From sequence record OM982647: 64,000 nucleotides of DNA; one strand, 5' to 3'. The position numbers were made by a program, and so were the translations under genes. Below the pieces are notes generated by a model that searched no databases, had not been told where the DNA came from, and saw only the letters and a program-made list of their open reading frames with translations. Shown piece by piece: positions 63,701 through 64,000 of this stretch; the first letter of the stretch is position 1, and each line of letters begins with the position of its first letter. This DNA is from Escherichia phage ST2.

Positions 63701-64000
63701 GGTAATAGCGCTACAGATGGTGCCCGTGATACAGTATTTGAAGCGGGTGATGAAACCGGATACCATTTCTATTCTCAGCGCGCTGCTGATAATAGAGTAT
63801 CATTTAATATTAATGGAACACTTTATTCAACAGGTATTGTTTCTACAAATGGATTAAATGTTACAGGTGTTTCTACCTTTACAGGGCCTATTAGTGCTAC
63901 AGGCGAAATTGTTTCTAGTTCTCCTATTGCATTCAGAGCTATTAACGGTAACTATGGTGTTATGCTTTATAATGCTGGTAACAGTTCTTATATTGCATTA
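60778..64000 (+). CDS. 34: long tail fibre proximal subunit gp34 (3'-partial, runs off the window)
   Basis: ATG at 60778 with AAGAGGA Shine-Dalgarno; frame open to the window end (>1070 codons); MVDIKRKFRAEDGLDAGGDKIVNVALADRTVGTDGVNVDFL… and tandem RRGIARIATTAQ / RRGVAEVATQAE repeats match T4 gp34. Not in the ORF track because no stop lies in the window. Confidence 0.95.

Overview
The window is a 64-kb stretch of a T4-like (Tevenvirinae-type) virulent myovirus genome, densely coded and almost fully colinear with phage T4 from gene 8 to the start of gene 34. Calls rest on reading the six-frame translations against remembered T4 protein sequences and on motifs visible in the DNA; no database search was run. 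Plus-strand late modules: baseplate wedge and short fibre (8, 9, 10, 11, 12), fibritin (wac), neck (13, 14, 15), terminase (16, 17), sheath and tube (18, 19), portal and head (20, 67, 68, 21, 22, 23, 24), uvsW/uvsW.1, baseplate hub and tape measure (51, 27, 28, 29, 48, 54), and the 5' part of long tail fibre gene 34. Minus-strand, mostly early/middle genes: rnlB, hoc, inh, uvsY cluster, 25, 26, alt, DNA ligase 30, a block of small accessory ORFs, rIII, 31, cd, pseT, a spanin pair, alc, rnlA, denA, nrdB, nrdA, td, frd, 32, 59, 33, dsbA, rnh. Regulatory signals are abundant: T4 late promoters (TATAAATA), early promoters (GTTTAC, 17 bp, extended -10), MotA-box middle promoters, and many UUCG/GNRA tetraloop hairpins. 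No rRNA, tRNA, CRISPR array, integrase or transposase was seen. I did not find a clearly novel multi-gene system. The most unusual content is in the accessory early region: a full-length DAHP synthase (shikimate pathway entry enzyme) between cd and pseT, a NADAR/YbiA-like protein and a HAD-family hydrolase next to DNA ligase and close to the Alt ADP-ribosyltransferase, an unlisted small basic protein, and a 260-bp ORF-free island beside rIII. td and nrdB are intronless and the T4 homing-endonuclease slots are empty or hold unrelated small ORFs. Several ORF-track starts are GTG/TTG or upstream extensions and were corrected where an ATG with a Shine-Dalgarno sequence is evident.
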